Shown piece after piece: positions 1-10,467 of a DNA stretch of 64,000 nucleotides (position 1 is its first letter; each line of letters starts with the position of its first letter). The DNA comes from Pampinifervens florentissimum. GTDB taxonomy: Bacteria; Aquificota; Aquificia; Aquificales; Aquificaceae. The notes below the pieces were generated by a model. That model was given only the letters and a program-made list of their open reading frames with translations. It did no database searches and had not been told where the DNA came from. The DNA lies in contig NZ_CP048795.1 of NCBI RefSeq assembly GCF_011006175.1, positions 1,168,491 through 1,232,490 of the forward strand, read 5' to 3'. The position numbers and the translations under genes are program-made.

Positions 1-1361
1 TAAGAGAAGAGGCTATGAAACCCTTTGAGATACTCCTATCAGAAAGCCAAGAGAGGATGCTACTTGTAACACAAGAGGACAAGGTGCAAAGGCTTTTAGA
101 GCTTGCCAAATATTACCATCTTGAGGGTGCGGTGGTAGGAAGGCTTACAGAAAATGCAATGTTTAGGGCTTACTACGAGGGTCAGATAGTGGCAGAGCTT
201 CCAGTAAGCCTTATAGTGGAGGAAGCCCCAGTATATGAAAAACCCTACTCAGAGCCTGCCTATATAAAGACCCTCTGGTCTTTTGACCAAAAGGAGCTAC
301 CTCAAATAGACCTGAAAGAAGCACTTCTTAAGCTCCTTGTCTCACCCAACATAGCCTCTAAGGAGTGGATATACACCCAATATGACCACCAAGTGGGGAC
401 AAACACAGTCCTAAAGCCAGGAGGAGACTCTGCCCTTCTTAGGGTCAAATGGGTTCAAAAGCCAGAGCTAAAAAGTGAGAGGCTCATAGCCATTACATCG
501 GAAGGTAATGGTAGGATGTTCTTCCTTGACCCCTACGAGGGTGGAAAATATGCAGTGGCGGAAGCCCTCAGAAATCTTGCCTGCGTGGGTGCAAAGCCTT
601 TGGGAATAACAGACTGCCTTAACTTTGGAAACCCAGACAGACCAGAGATTATGTGGCAACTTGTGAAGGCTATAGAAGGCATATCCGATGCCTGCAAGTT
701 CTTTGAAGTTCCCGTGGTTAGCGGTAATGTGTCCTTGTATAACGAGACGGTGGAAAGAGAAGAGATAAGAAACATATACCCCACACCCATACTGGTTGCG
801 GTAGGCTACATAGATTCTGGAAGGTGGGTAGACCATCGCTTTAAGGAGGAGGGAGACCTTATCTTCTTGGTGGGAGACCTCAAAAGGGAGTTTTCCCTTG
901 CTGGCAGTGAATACCTAAAGGCGGTGCACGGAAAGGTGGCTGGCAGGACTCCTCAGGTAAACCTTGAGAAGGAGAAAAAACTTCATGCCTTACTTATAAG
1001 GCTCATAGAGGGGGGTATTCTTAGGTCTGCTCATGACGTGTCTCAGGGTGGGCTCTTGGTGGCACTTCTTGAGGGTGTTTTTGGAACAGGTTTAGGTCTT
1101 GACATAAACCTATACGTGGAAGACAGGCTTGACTTCTTTCTGTTTTCTGAAAACCCCACCCTTGTGGTTGTGAGTTTGAAAAAGGAGGATGCGGAAGCCT
1201 TTAAAGACCTCGTGGAAGAGTATGAGCTTGACTGGATGTTTTTGGGAAAGGTGAAGGAGAAGAGGTCTTTCACCTTAACAAATAACGACGAAAGCCTTTT
1301 AGAACTACCTTTGGAAGAGCTTGAAGAGTTATGGAAAAAAGCCTTAGAAAGATTGCTCTAA
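1..1361 (+). CDS. purL: Phosphoribosylformylglycinamidine synthase subunit PurL, C-terminal part. The 5' end lies outside the window; the frame is open back to nt 3.
   Basis: AIR-synthase-related C-terminal domain motifs (LGITDCLNFGNPDRPEIMWQLVKAIEGISDAC, VVSGNVSLYNET). No stop upstream in frame. Confidence 0.85.
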   Translation, partial: REEAMKPFEILLSESQERMLLVTQEDKVQRLLELAKYYHLEGAVVGRLTENAMFRAYYEGQIVAELPVSLIVEEAPVYEKPYSEPAYIKTLWSFDQKELPQIDLKEALLKLLVSPNIASKEWIYTQYDHQVGTNTVLKPGGDSALLRVKWVQKPELKSERLIAITSEGNGRMFFLDPYEGGKYAVAEALRNLACVGAKPLGITDCLNFGNPDRPEIMWQLVKAIEGISDACKFFEVPVVSGNVSLYNETVEREEIRNIYPTPILVAVGYIDSGRWVDHRFKEEGDLIFLVGDLKREFSLAGSEYLKAVHGKVAGRTPQVNLEKEKKLHALLIRLIEGGILRSAHDVSQGGLLVALLEGVFGTGLGLDINLYVEDRLDFFLFSENPTLVVVSLKKEDAEAFKDLVEEYELDWMFLGKVKEKRSFTLTNNDESLLELPLEELEELWKKALERLL

Positions 1362-1816
1362 TATATGGGCTCACCGCCTTTATGGTGCTAAGCCTTGACC
1401 TTATTACCAAAAACCTTGCAGAGTCCTTTCTCAAAGAGAGGGACATTAGCCTTTTGCCCTTTCTTCATCTCGTGCTTGTCCACAACAGGGGCGTAGCCTT
1501 TGGACTTCTTGCAGAGGCACCCGACCTTATAAGGATTCCCGTCCTTTTTATAACTCCTTTGATTGCTCTTGTTATAACCTTTTTGTATGCGGTAAGGGTC
1601 AGGGGCATACTTGTTCCAGTGCTTATGGGTATGGTGGGCGGGGGTGCTTTTGGAAATCTCTATGATAGGGTTTTACTTGGATATGTAAGAGACTTTATAT
1701 ACCTTTCCTATGGAGGGCTTTCTTGGCCAGCCTTTAACTTGGCAGACGCCAGCATAAGCACCGCCATATTTCTTCTCCTCATGAGGGAGCTCCTACCAAA
1801 GGGTGGAAAAAATTAA
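1331..1816 (+). CDS. lspA: Lipoprotein signal peptidase (signal peptidase II)
   Basis: 161 aa, 4 TM segments, conserved FNLADASI and GGAFGNLYDR motifs. Overlaps the purL 3' end. Confidence 0.85.
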   Translation: MEKSLRKIALIYGLTAFMVLSLDLITKNLAESFLKERDISLLPFLHLVLVHNRGVAFGLLAEAPDLIRIPVLFITPLIALVITFLYAVRVRGILVPVLMGMVGGGAFGNLYDRVLLGYVRDFIYLSYGGLSWPAFNLADASISTAIFLLLMRELLPKGGKN

Positions 1817-1840
1817 GATACTCTGCTATATTCTATCCTT

Positions 1841-2110
1841 ATGGTAGAGAAGATAGCCCATCTTGCAAGGCTAAAGTTAACAGAGGAAGAGAAGGAATAC
1901 TTTGAGAAACAGCTTACAAGCATCCTGCACTTTGTGGAACAGCTCCAAGAGGTGGACACCCCAGAGGTAGAACCCTTTACCTCTCCTTTTGAGGAGACGC
2001 CCATGCGGGAAGACGAGCCCCTCAAGGACTTTGACCCTCAACTGGTTTTGGAGCAGGCACCAGAGGCGGAAGGGAGTTTCTTTGTAGTGCCAAGAGTGGT
2101 AGAATATTAA
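1841..2110 (+). CDS. gatC: Glu/Asp-tRNA amidotransferase subunit C
   Basis: 89 aa. N-terminus VEKIAHLARLKLTEEEKEYFEKQL is typical of GatC. Confidence 0.85.
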   Translation: MVEKIAHLARLKLTEEEKEYFEKQLTSILHFVEQLQEVDTPEVEPFTSPFEETPMREDEPLKDFDPQLVLEQAPEAEGSFFVVPRVVEY

Positions 2111-2122
2111 GAGGAGACACAT

Positions 2123-3145
2123 ATGATAGAAGAAATCCAAAAGGAGACCCTTGAGAAAAGGAAGGCTTTAGAAAATGCTCTTGCAAGCATAGAGAGGCGG
2201 TTTGGCAAAGGCTCTATAATGCCTCTCAAAAATGCGGAAAAGGTGAAGGTGGATGTTATACCTACAGGCTCTCTTGCTCTTGATATAGCCACAGGTATAG
2301 GTGGCATACCAAAGGGAAGGGTTATTGAGATATTCGGTCCAGAGTCCTCTGGAAAAACCACCCTCGCCCTTCATATAATAGCGGAAGCACAAAAGAGAGG
2401 AGGCATAGCGGTCTTTATAGACGCAGAACATGCCCTTGACCCCAAGTATGCGGAAAAGATAGGAGTGGACACGGAAAACCTCTACATATCCCAGCCAGAC
2501 TACGGAGAGCAGGCTCTTGAGATAGCGGAGAGCCTCATAGCGAGCAATGCGGTAGATGTCATAGTGGTAGACTCTGTGGCCGCCCTTGTGCCGAAGGATG
2601 AGCTTGAGGGTGAAATAGGTGAAGCTCATGTGGGTAAACAGGCAAGGCTCATGTCTCAGGCACTTAGAAAGCTAAAGGGTATGGCTCACAAGGCAAACAC
2701 CGCTATCATTTTCATAAACCAGCTCAGAGAGAAAATAGGTGTAATGTTTGGGAACCCAGAGACCACACCCGGTGGAAGATCCCTTAAGTTCTTTGCGGAC
2801 ATGAGGCTTGATGTGAGAAGGATAGGAGACGTAAAAGATAGCGGAGAGAAAACGGGTAGCAGGGTAAGGGTAAAGGTGGTAAAAAACAAGCTTGCACCAC
2901 CTTTTCAAGAAGCGGAGTTTGATGTGCTTTATGGAGAGGGTATATGTAAGCTCTGCGACCTTATAGACATAGCAAGCGAGCTAAAAGTTATAAACAAAAG
3001 CGGTGCGTGGTATAGCTACGGTGATATAAGACTGGGGCAGGGTAAAGAGCAGGCTAAGAAGTTTCTTATGGAAAACCCCGAGATTGCCAATGAGATAGAA
3101 AAAAAAGTAAGGGAGGTAGCTGGGCTTGCTCCAGTTGATACTTAA
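2123..3145 (+). CDS. recA: Recombinase RecA
   Basis: Walker [10 protein letters not shown] and the conserved RecA core ([13 protein letters not shown]..., [24 protein letters not shown]). Confidence 0.95.
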   Translation: MIEEIQKETLEKRKALENALASIERRFGKGSIMPLKNAEKVKVDVIPTGSLALDIATGIGGIPKGRVIEIFGPESSGKTTLALHIIAEAQKRGGIAVFIDAEHALDPKYAEKIGVDTENLYISQPDYGEQALEIAESLIASNAVDVIVVDSVAALVPKDELEGEIGEAHVGKQARLMSQALRKLKGMAHKANTAIIFINQLREKIGVMFGNPETTPGGRSLKFFADMRLDVRRIGDVKDSGEKTGSRVRVKVVKNKLAPPFQEAEFDVLYGEGICKLCDLIDIASELKVINKSGAWYSYGDIRLGQGKEQAKKFLMENPEIANEIEKKVREVAGLAPVDT

Positions 3146-4223
3146 GAGAGCGGTAGAGCTTGGTGCATCGGATATACACCTAAAGACAGCATCTCCACCT
3201 GTAATAAGACTGAAAAAGAAGCTCCAGAGATTGGAGGATTTTCCTGTTATAGATGAAAGGGTTATGGAAATGTTCCTCAATGAGGTTCTTGGTAAAAATC
3301 GCAGGAAGCTTGCGGAGTTTGAGGAGCTGGGAGAGACGGACACCTCCTACTCACTGCCCGGTGTTGCTCGCTTTCGTGTAAACGTATACAGACAAAGGAC
3401 AAGTGTGGGTATGGCTTTCAGAACCATACCTTACAGCATACCCTCCTTTGAGAGCCTCAACCTCCCTGCGGTTATGAAAAAGATTGTTCTTGAAAATACC
3501 AAAGGTCTTATACTTGTCACAGGACCCACAGGCTCGGGCAAATCCACCACCCTTGCCTCGCTTATAAACATCATAAACAGCACGAGAAGTGATGTGATAG
3601 TTACCATAGAAGACCCAATAGAATACCTCTTTAGGGATGAAAAGTCTTATATAGTTCAGCGTGAGGTGGGTATAGATACTTCTTCTTTCGCAAGAGGACT
3701 TCGTGCAGCACTTAGAGAAGACCCAGATGTTATTATGGTGGGTGAGATAAGAGACCCAGAGACCGCACAGATAGCACTGCAGGCAGCAGAAACGGGACAT
3801 TTAGTTATGTCTACCCTACACACTCTGGATGCCAAAGAAACGATAAACAGACTTATAGGTATGTTTAACCTTGAGGTAAGGGAGCAGATAAGGATACAGC
3901 TTGCGGAAACCCTAATAGCCATATTTTCCCAAAGACTCCTTCCAAAGGCAGACGAAACAGGAGTTGTTCCTGCGGTTGAAGTCCTAATAAACACAGCTTC
4001 TATAAAGGAAGCCATCATAGACCCCTCAAAACTGGACGAGATTTCCCTTCTTCTTGAAAAGGGCAAGCCTGCCTATGGCACTCAAACCTTTGACCAACAC
4101 TTAGAAGAGCTGTATAGAAATGGTCTAATAGACTACAATACCGCCATAAGGTATGCAAGCAGACCTACAGATTTAGAGCTTAGACTAAAGGGTATAGCTT
4201 CTGGAGGTAGAGGCTTTATCTGA
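3126..4223 (+). CDS. pilT: Type IV pilus retraction ATPase (PilT/PilU family)
   Basis: [10 protein letters not shown] Walker A, Asp box and His box (HLVMSTLHT). 365 aa. Confidence 0.85.
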   Translation: MLQLILKRAVELGASDIHLKTASPPVIRLKKKLQRLEDFPVIDERVMEMFLNEVLGKNRRKLAEFEELGETDTSYSLPGVARFRVNVYRQRTSVGMAFRTIPYSIPSFESLNLPAVMKKIVLENTKGLILVTGPTGSGKSTTLASLINIINSTRSDVIVTIEDPIEYLFRDEKSYIVQREVGIDTSSFARGLRAALREDPDVIMVGEIRDPETAQIALQAAETGHLVMSTLHTLDAKETINRLIGMFNLEVREQIRIQLAETLIAIFSQRLLPKADETGVVPAVEVLINTASIKEAIIDPSKLDEISLLLEKGKPAYGTQTFDQHLEELYRNGLIDYNTAIRYASRPTDLELRLKGIASGGRGFI

Positions 4224-4864
4224 TGAAGATAGCCATAGATGGTCCTGCGGGAAGTGGGAAAAGCACCGTGGCACGCAAGCTATCTCAAAGGCTTGGCTTG
4301 CCCTACCTAAACACAGGGCTCGTATACAGAGCCTTTGCATACATATACAGGGAGGAAGGACCAGAAAACCCCATATTACTTTTTGAAAACCCACCCTTGG
4401 TGGAAATCCTGCCTGCAGAGACAAGGGTCTTCTACAAAGGAAAAGACATAAGCCAACTACTTGGCTCTGAAGACTTGGGAAAAACCGCCTCTGAGATAGC
4501 TAGCCTGCCAGCCTTTAGAGAGAGGATAAATGAATTTTTTAGGTCTTTGGTAGGACAGGGGCAAGTGGTAGCAGAAGGCAGGGACGCGGGAACGCATATA
4601 TTTCCAGATGCACCTATAAAGATATTCCTTACCGCATCTGCAGAAGAGAGGGCAAGAAGAAGGTGCGAGCAACTCATGGCTCAGGGCATACCTGCCAACT
4701 ACCAAGAGGTGCTTAAGGCTATAGTGGAAAGGGACGAGAGGGACAAAAATAGACCCTTGTATCCCTTTAGACCTGCAGAGGATGCAATTGTGATTGATAC
4801 CACAAGCCTTAGCCCAGAGGAGGTGGTGGAAAAAATACTTAGCCTTGTAAAAGAAAGGGTATAA
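4223..4864 (+). CDS. cmk: Cytidylate kinase
   Basis: IAIDGPAGSGKSTVARKLSQRLGLPYLNTG N-terminus. 213 aa. Confidence 0.9.
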   Translation: MKIAIDGPAGSGKSTVARKLSQRLGLPYLNTGLVYRAFAYIYREEGPENPILLFENPPLVEILPAETRVFYKGKDISQLLGSEDLGKTASEIASLPAFRERINEFFRSLVGQGQVVAEGRDAGTHIFPDAPIKIFLTASAEERARRRCEQLMAQGIPANYQEVLKAIVERDERDKNRPLYPFRPAEDAIVIDTTSLSPEEVVEKILSLVKERV

Positions 4865-4871
4865 TTATCCT

Positions 4872-5870
4872 ATGAAAGACTTCTGGTTTTGGGCGGAAGA
4901 ATACGACAAAAAGCTAATAACCACCGCACTTGAATCTGGTGCAAGGGTAATACTTTTGTCTGACCCCTCAAAGTCTTCGGAGGTCAAAGCCCTTGGTAGG
5001 GTTCAAGTAGCCTCAAAGGAAGGTGGAGACCTTAAAGAGGGTCAGGATTATGTATATGTTCTCATAAAAGGCAAAGAAGACGAAAAAAGAGCAGGAAGGT
5101 TTCCACCTCATATAAAGGTGATAGTGGAGACCACTGACTGGACCATAATACCCCTTGAAAACCTCATAGCACAGAGAGAAGAGCTCTATGCGGTAGTGAA
5201 AAACGAAGAGGAGGCAAGACTTGCCATAAGGGTGCTTGAAAAGGGTGTAAAGGGTATTGTCCTCAAAACTAAGGATATAAACACCATAAAGAGGGTGGGA
5301 AAGGTTCTTGAAGAGGAGGAAGAAAAACTCCCCCTTGTGGTGGTAAGGATAACGAGGATACTGCCTCTTGGTCTTGGAGATAGGGTCTGTGTGGATACTA
5401 CTTCTCTGCTAAACAGAGGCGAAGGTATGCTTGTGGGAAACTCTTCGGGCGGTATGTTTTTGGTGCATGCGGAGACAGAAGAAAACCCCTACGTGGCTTC
5501 AAGACCCTTTAGAGTAAACGCAGGTGCGGTGCATATGTATATAAGAGTGCCAGAGAACAAGACCAAGTATCTTTGTGAGCTTTCCGCGGGAGACCCTGTG
5601 ATGGTTTATGACTACACGGGTAGAGGAAGGCTTGTCTATGTGGGTAGGGCAAAGGTGGAAAGAAGACCTATGCTTTTGGTGGAAGGCGTTTATGAGAAGA
5701 AAAAGCTAAGTGCGGTGCTCCAAAACGCAGAGACCATAAGACTTACAAGACCTGATGGCACTCCCATATCTGTGGCGGAGCTAAAGGAAGGCGATGAAGT
5801 GCTCGGATACATAGAAACACCCGGCAGACACTTTGGCATGAAGGTGGAAGAGACCATAACGGAGAAGTGA
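4872..5870 (+). CDS. 3-dehydroquinate synthase II (archaeal-type AroB', DKFP pathway)
   Basis: 332 aa. Shape and N-terminal motif (W..V......[16 protein letters not shown]) resemble archaeal DHQS-II (MJ1249 family). Call made from recalled family similarity. Confidence 0.5.
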   Translation: MKDFWFWAEEYDKKLITTALESGARVILLSDPSKSSEVKALGRVQVASKEGGDLKEGQDYVYVLIKGKEDEKRAGRFPPHIKVIVETTDWTIIPLENLIAQREELYAVVKNEEEARLAIRVLEKGVKGIVLKTKDINTIKRVGKVLEEEEEKLPLVVVRITRILPLGLGDRVCVDTTSLLNRGEGMLVGNSSGGMFLVHAETEENPYVASRPFRVNAGAVHMYIRVPENKTKYLCELSAGDPVMVYDYTGRGRLVYVGRAKVERRPMLLVEGVYEKKKLSAVLQNAETIRLTRPDGTPISVAELKEGDEVLGYIETPGRHFGMKVEETITEK

Positions 5871-5886
5871 TTATAATTATGTAGTC

Positions 5887-6108
5887 ATGCCATCAAGAAG
5901 AGACTTATTCAACATTATATGGCTAACTCCCACACTGCACTATTACACCTCTCCAAGCAGAAAGAAGACTTTACTTCTCAAGACAAGGCTTGCAGGATAT
6001 TTATACTACGGTGCGGATAAGGTTTATCCATACGTAAGGTTTGGAAATGCTTTTGACCTTAGGCGTGAACCACACAACCCTTATGACCACAAGGCTGTGG
6101 AGGTATGA
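5887..6108 (+). pseudogene. Short ORF carrying the N-terminal half of a HIRAN-like domain, truncated where it overlaps the murE start
   Basis: LAGYLYYGADKVYPYVRFGNAFDLRREPHNPYDHKAVEV matches the HIRAN consensus G.YY.G...L.R(E/D)P.NPYD.NAI.V, then stops. The stop TGA overlaps the murE ATG (ATGA). Confidence 0.3.
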
Positions 6109-7496
6109 ACCTAAAAGAAATCCTCTCTTATGCAAAGGGTATAAGCTCCAACTCCAAGGAAGTCCGTGAGGGTTATGTTTTTGTAGCCATTAAAGGAACG
6201 CAGGTGGATGGGCATGACTTTGTGGAAGAGGCTTTGCAAAGGGGTGCTCTCTACGCGCTTGTGGAGAGAGAAGTAGGCATAAAAGACCCACGCATTATAA
6301 AGGTGGAAGATACAAGAAGGGCTCTTGGTGAGCTGGCAAGTCTTTTTTATGGTGAGGTTTCAAAGAGGCTTAAGATAGTGGGCATAACGGGGACAAATGG
6401 CAAGACTACCACAACGCACATAATAGAGTCTATCCTCAACAAGGCGGGTATAAAAACTGGTCTTATGGGGACGATTTACTACAGGCTTGGAGAGAATATA
6501 TACGAATACGAAGGGAGGACCACTCCAGACCCTATAAAGTGGCACTCCACACTAAAAGCCATGTGGGAAGAGGGTGCAAGTGCGGTGGTTTGCGAGGTTT
6601 CCTCTCATGCACTTGACCAAAAGAGGATATGGGGCACAGACTTTTATATGGTGGGCTTTACCAACCTCAGCCAAGACCATCTTGACTATCATGGCACTAT
6701 GGAAGACTACTTCCTTGCAAAGGCAAGGCTCTTTGAGGAGTATGCATATACCTATGCGGTGATAAATGAGGATGACCCATATGGCAAAAGGCTAAAGGCT
6801 ATTGCAAAAAACCCAAGAACCTACGGAAGGGAAGGAGACCTTAAAATTCTTGACTTTCAAACAGACTTTGAGGGCTCAAGGCTAAGAGTGGCATACGAAG
6901 GAAAGGTGTATGACTTTTTCTCCAACCTGCGAGGGAACTTTCAGGCGTATAACCTCTCTCTTGGTATCCTTGTGGGCTTTCTGTGGGGGCTTGAAAGCCA
7001 AGCTATACAAGAAGGCATAAGGCAGGTGCAAGTCCCTGGTAGGTTTGAAACCTATAAGGGAAAGGGCTTTGTGGTGATAATAGACTATGCTCATACGCCT
7101 GATGCTTTGGAAAAGGTCTTGAGGACCGCAAGGGCTCTTTGCAAAAACAGGCTTATTGTGGTCTTTGGTGCTGGGGGAAACAGGGATAGAACAAAGAGAC
7201 CTCTTATGGGAAAGACCGCAGAGGCTATTGCAGACCTTATAGTCTTGACCTCGGACAACCCAAGGTTTGAAGAGCCGATGGCTATAATTGAGGATATCTT
7301 GAGCGGGATAGAAAACAGGGGGGCGGTCTTGGTGGAGCAGGACAGAAGAAAGGCAATAGAGCTTGCCATAAGCATGGCACAGGAGGGGGATGTTATCCTA
7401 ATAGCGGGCAAAGGACACGAAGACTATCAAGAAATAAAAGGTGTAAAATATCCCTTTAAAGACTCTGAAGTGGTCAAGGAGGTCCTCGGTGTGTGA
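6105..7496 (+). CDS. murE: UDP-N-acetylmuramoyl-L-alanyl-D-glutamate--2,6-diaminopimelate ligase
   Basis: GITGTNGKTTTTH P-loop. The DNPR motif (LTSDNPRFEEP) indicates the meso-DAP-adding type. 463 aa. Confidence 0.9.
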   Translation: MNLKEILSYAKGISSNSKEVREGYVFVAIKGTQVDGHDFVEEALQRGALYALVEREVGIKDPRIIKVEDTRRALGELASLFYGEVSKRLKIVGITGTNGKTTTTHIIESILNKAGIKTGLMGTIYYRLGENIYEYEGRTTPDPIKWHSTLKAMWEEGASAVVCEVSSHALDQKRIWGTDFYMVGFTNLSQDHLDYHGTMEDYFLAKARLFEEYAYTYAVINEDDPYGKRLKAIAKNPRTYGREGDLKILDFQTDFEGSRLRVAYEGKVYDFFSNLRGNFQAYNLSLGILVGFLWGLESQAIQEGIRQVQVPGRFETYKGKGFVVIIDYAHTPDALEKVLRTARALCKNRLIVVFGAGGNRDRTKRPLMGKTAEAIADLIVLTSDNPRFEEPMAIIEDILSGIENRGAVLVEQDRRKAIELAISMAQEGDVILIAGKGHEDYQEIKGVKYPFKDSEVVKEVLGV

Positions 7497-7749
7497 TTTT
7501 GAAACGCTCCACTATAACCTCAAAGACGAACTGTTGAATATCTACAAAGAGGCGGAAACGCCACAGCCAAAAATAAAGATAACCAGTCTAAAAAGCGGTA
7601 AGGTATGCGGTCTTGCCAACCTTGCCAAGCTCATCCTCTACTTTGAAAGAGAGGGCTATCTGGTGGTGTTAAACAAGGATGAGGACTACAGGGAATGGGA
7701 GATACAAATAGAGCCGGGCATACTTGACCTTATGTTTGGGTATGGATAA
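7489..7749 (+). CDS. Hypothetical small protein (86 aa)
   Basis: ORF with even, coding-like composition between murE and gnd. No recognisable domain. Confidence 0.35.
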   Translation: MCDFETLHYNLKDELLNIYKEAETPQPKIKITSLKSGKVCGLANLAKLILYFEREGYLVVLNKDEDYREWEIQIEPGILDLMFGYG

Positions 7750-7759
7750 AATTTAGCCT

Positions 7760-8647
7760 ATGAACATTTTTATGATAGGCTTGGGGAGGATGGGGCTTGG
7801 TATGTCAAGAAGGCTACTTTCAAAGGGGCATAAAGTAGCGGGCTATGATGCAAACCCGGAGGCAAGGGAGAGGGCAAGGGCTTATATGGAAGTTTTGGAG
7901 AGCCTTGAGGGTCTTAGTGGGCAGAAGTTAGTATGGCTTATGGTTCCTCACGAGGTGGTGGACAAGGTTCTTGAAGACATAAAGCCTTATCTGCAAGAGG
8001 GAGACATAGTGGTGGACGGTGGAAACAGCTTTTACAAAGACTCTCAAAGAAGGGCGGAGGCTTTGAAGGATATGGGTGTTTACTTTTTGGATGTGGGTGT
8101 TAGTGGCGGTGTTTATGGTGAGGAGCTTGGATATTGTCTTATGGTGGGTGGGGACAGGTCTGCCTTTGAGAGGATTGAGCCAATTTTGAGAGACCTATCC
8201 TATGAGGGTAGGGGCTATGCCTATCTTGGTTCTTCTGGTGCGGGGCATTTTGCCAAGATGGTTCACAACGGCATAGAGTATGCCTTTATGCAGGCTATTG
8301 GTGAGGGTTTTGAGCTCCTCAAAGAAAGTGGCTTTGAATATGACTTGAAGGAGGTTGCACGCATATACAATACGGGTAGTGTTATCCGTAGCTGGCTTAT
8401 GGAACTCACTCAAAAGGTCTTTGAGGACTTTGGAGACCTGCAAGAGCTTGAGCCTTATGTGGAAGACACGGGAGAGGGTCGGTGGACGGTAGAGGAAGCC
8501 ATAAAAAGGGCTGTGCCAGTGCCAACTATTGCGGAGGCTCTCTTTGCTCGCTTTCGCTCAAGGCAAGATAACTCCTTTAGAGACCGCCTTTTGGCAGGTC
8601 TTAGGTTTGAGTTTGGAAGACATCAGGTAAAGAAAAAGGATGAATAG
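7760..8647 (+). CDS. gnd: 6-phosphogluconate dehydrogenase, decarboxylating, short (GntZ/YqeC-like) form
   Basis: N-terminal Rossmann (IGLGRMGLGMSRRLL), GNSFYKDS and GGDRSAFE motifs. Immediately upstream of zwf. Confidence 0.8.
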   Translation: MNIFMIGLGRMGLGMSRRLLSKGHKVAGYDANPEARERARAYMEVLESLEGLSGQKLVWLMVPHEVVDKVLEDIKPYLQEGDIVVDGGNSFYKDSQRRAEALKDMGVYFLDVGVSGGVYGEELGYCLMVGGDRSAFERIEPILRDLSYEGRGYAYLGSSGAGHFAKMVHNGIEYAFMQAIGEGFELLKESGFEYDLKEVARIYNTGSVIRSWLMELTQKVFEDFGDLQELEPYVEDTGEGRWTVEEAIKRAVPVPTIAEALFARFRSRQDNSFRDRLLAGLRFEFGRHQVKKKDE

Positions 8648-9950
8648 AAGTTTCTCTCTTTTTATTCTTGGTGGGACGGGAGACCTTGCAAAAAAGAAAC
8701 TCTTTCCTGCACTCTCAAGGCTTTACGCAAAGGGTTATCTAAGTGGACTTGACAGGGTGTATTCCTTGGCAAGAAGTAAGCGAGAAGATTGGGAGCAGGT
8801 GGTTTGTAGACTGGACGCTGGCTTTGGAAAGCTATGCAACTTTTTACCCTTTGATGCACGAGATTGGAACTCATACGCAGAGCTTGGAAAGCTCATAGAA
8901 AACCTAAAGGGTCAAGAGCTTATCTTTTTCCTTGCACTTAGTCCATATCTTTTTGAGGACACTATTAGAAATCTTGGAAAGCTCCTAAGAAACTACACAA
9001 ACCCAAGAAAGATAGTTATAGAAAAGCCCTTTGGTTTTGACCTAAAGTCCGCAAAGAGGCTAAACGATATCCTACATAGGTATTTTATTGAAGAGGAGAT
9101 ATACCGCATAGACCACTTTCTTGGCAAGGATACCATACAAAACATCTTTTCTTTGAGGTTTTCCAATACCATCTTTGAAGGCATATGGAACAGGAATTTT
9201 ATTGAGCATGTGAAAATATACGCCCTTGAGAAGGTGGGAGTGGAAGGAAGGGGAGAGTTTTATGACAAGGTGGGTGCTATAAGGGATATGCTACAAAACC
9301 ATATGCTCCAAATGCTTGCCTTTACCGCCATGGAGCCACCCGCCTACATGTCAGAGAAGTTTATAAGGGACGAAAAGGTAAAGGTCTTAAAAAACACACG
9401 CATTGAAAAGCTCACAAGAGGTCAATACGAAGGCTACAGGCAGGAGATAGGAGTGGAAAACTCCAAAACAGAGACCTTTGTGCTTGCCAAGGTCTTGGTG
9501 GAAAACTTCCGCTGGCACGGAGTGCCCTTTTATCTAATGACAGGAAAAGCCCTTTCTGAGAAACTAACCCAGATAGAGATAGTCTTTAGGGAAGTTCCAC
9601 AGAGCTTTACCAAGCTCCTTGACTGCAAGCCACACCAAAATAGAATAGTCTTTCAGAGTGCACCAGAGAGTAAGCTCCAGATAGTCTTTGAACTAAGACC
9701 GCCCACTGGCAGGTTTATGGCTTGCCCAGTGGAGACCTTTATGGAGTATAGGTTTCCCTCAGAGTTTAAGGACGCATACGAGGTCTTGCTCCTTGATATT
9801 GTAGAAGGAGACCAATCTCTTTTCATAAGAGGAGATGAGATAGAAACCCTTTGGGAAGTGGTTGAGCCATACTTAAACATGGAGGATGAGCCTTTTGTTT
9901 ATCCAAAGGGTGTAAAACTGCCAAAGGAGGCAGAGGAGTTTTTACCCTAA
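8640..9950 (+). CDS. zwf: Glucose-6-phosphate 1-dehydrogenase
   Basis: ILGGTGDLAKKKLFPAL NADP site, EKPFGFDL, RIDHFLGKD active-site motif. Confidence 0.9.
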   Translation: MNRSFSLFILGGTGDLAKKKLFPALSRLYAKGYLSGLDRVYSLARSKREDWEQVVCRLDAGFGKLCNFLPFDARDWNSYAELGKLIENLKGQELIFFLALSPYLFEDTIRNLGKLLRNYTNPRKIVIEKPFGFDLKSAKRLNDILHRYFIEEEIYRIDHFLGKDTIQNIFSLRFSNTIFEGIWNRNFIEHVKIYALEKVGVEGRGEFYDKVGAIRDMLQNHMLQMLAFTAMEPPAYMSEKFIRDEKVKVLKNTRIEKLTRGQYEGYRQEIGVENSKTETFVLAKVLVENFRWHGVPFYLMTGKALSEKLTQIEIVFREVPQSFTKLLDCKPHQNRIVFQSAPESKLQIVFELRPPTGRFMACPVETFMEYRFPSEFKDAYEVLLLDIVEGDQSLFIRGDEIETLWEVVEPYLNMEDEPFVYPKGVKLPKEAEEFLP

Positions 9951-10022
9951 TCGTCTATGCAGTGAATTGAGGAACAGACATTGAACTTGCAAATGAGCCA
10001 AGAAGGGAGATATTAGTTAAAG

Positions 10023-10425
10023 ATGACCCAAGAGGAGTTTCTTAAGAAATATTCTTGGGATGGAGAAAGGAGCAGGGAGGAGCTTTTGATAAGAGCTATA
10101 CTATATGCCAATCCTCTTGAGATTGCACCGCTTTTTAGCAAAGAGGAGTTAAAAGGGATATTTCTAAACAATCTCCATAGGTTTCACCGCAAGGATAGGA
10201 GTTTTTGGAAGGTGGTTTTAGAGGTTTCTGAGGATGAGCTTAAGAGATATTCAGAAAAGAACTTTAGAGAAGGTAGTATCCTTATCCCTTACTGAAGGCT
10301 TTTACTTGGCAGGAGGAACAGCTTTGGCTATTAGATATGGACATAGACATCTCTCCCTAAAGAGCTTATCAAAATCCTTAACAAAAGGCATGTCTTTTGT
10401 AGGTGTCTATTCTAATAGCCTTTGA
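10023..10425 (+). pseudogene. Degraded remnant of an AbiEii/DUF1814-like nucleotidyltransferase (toxin) gene: two overlapping frames, truncated
   Basis: Frame-2 ORF encodes TEGFYLAGGTALAIRYGHRH (AbiEii motif-I-like F.LKGGTAL..yG..R). The +1 frame immediately continues ...DMDIDISP*, reminiscent of the S.DIDF tail. The gene ends 42 bp before the CRISPR array. Confidence 0.3.
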
Positions 10426-10467
10426 CTTAAATAAGTCCCTTGCTTTTTCTATCCAATCCTCTATGGG

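Noticed and set aside
468-836. Antisense ORFs within purL (468-836, 533-790, 1043-1273)
   Set aside because: Opposite strand to a conserved PurL domain. Shadow ORFs.
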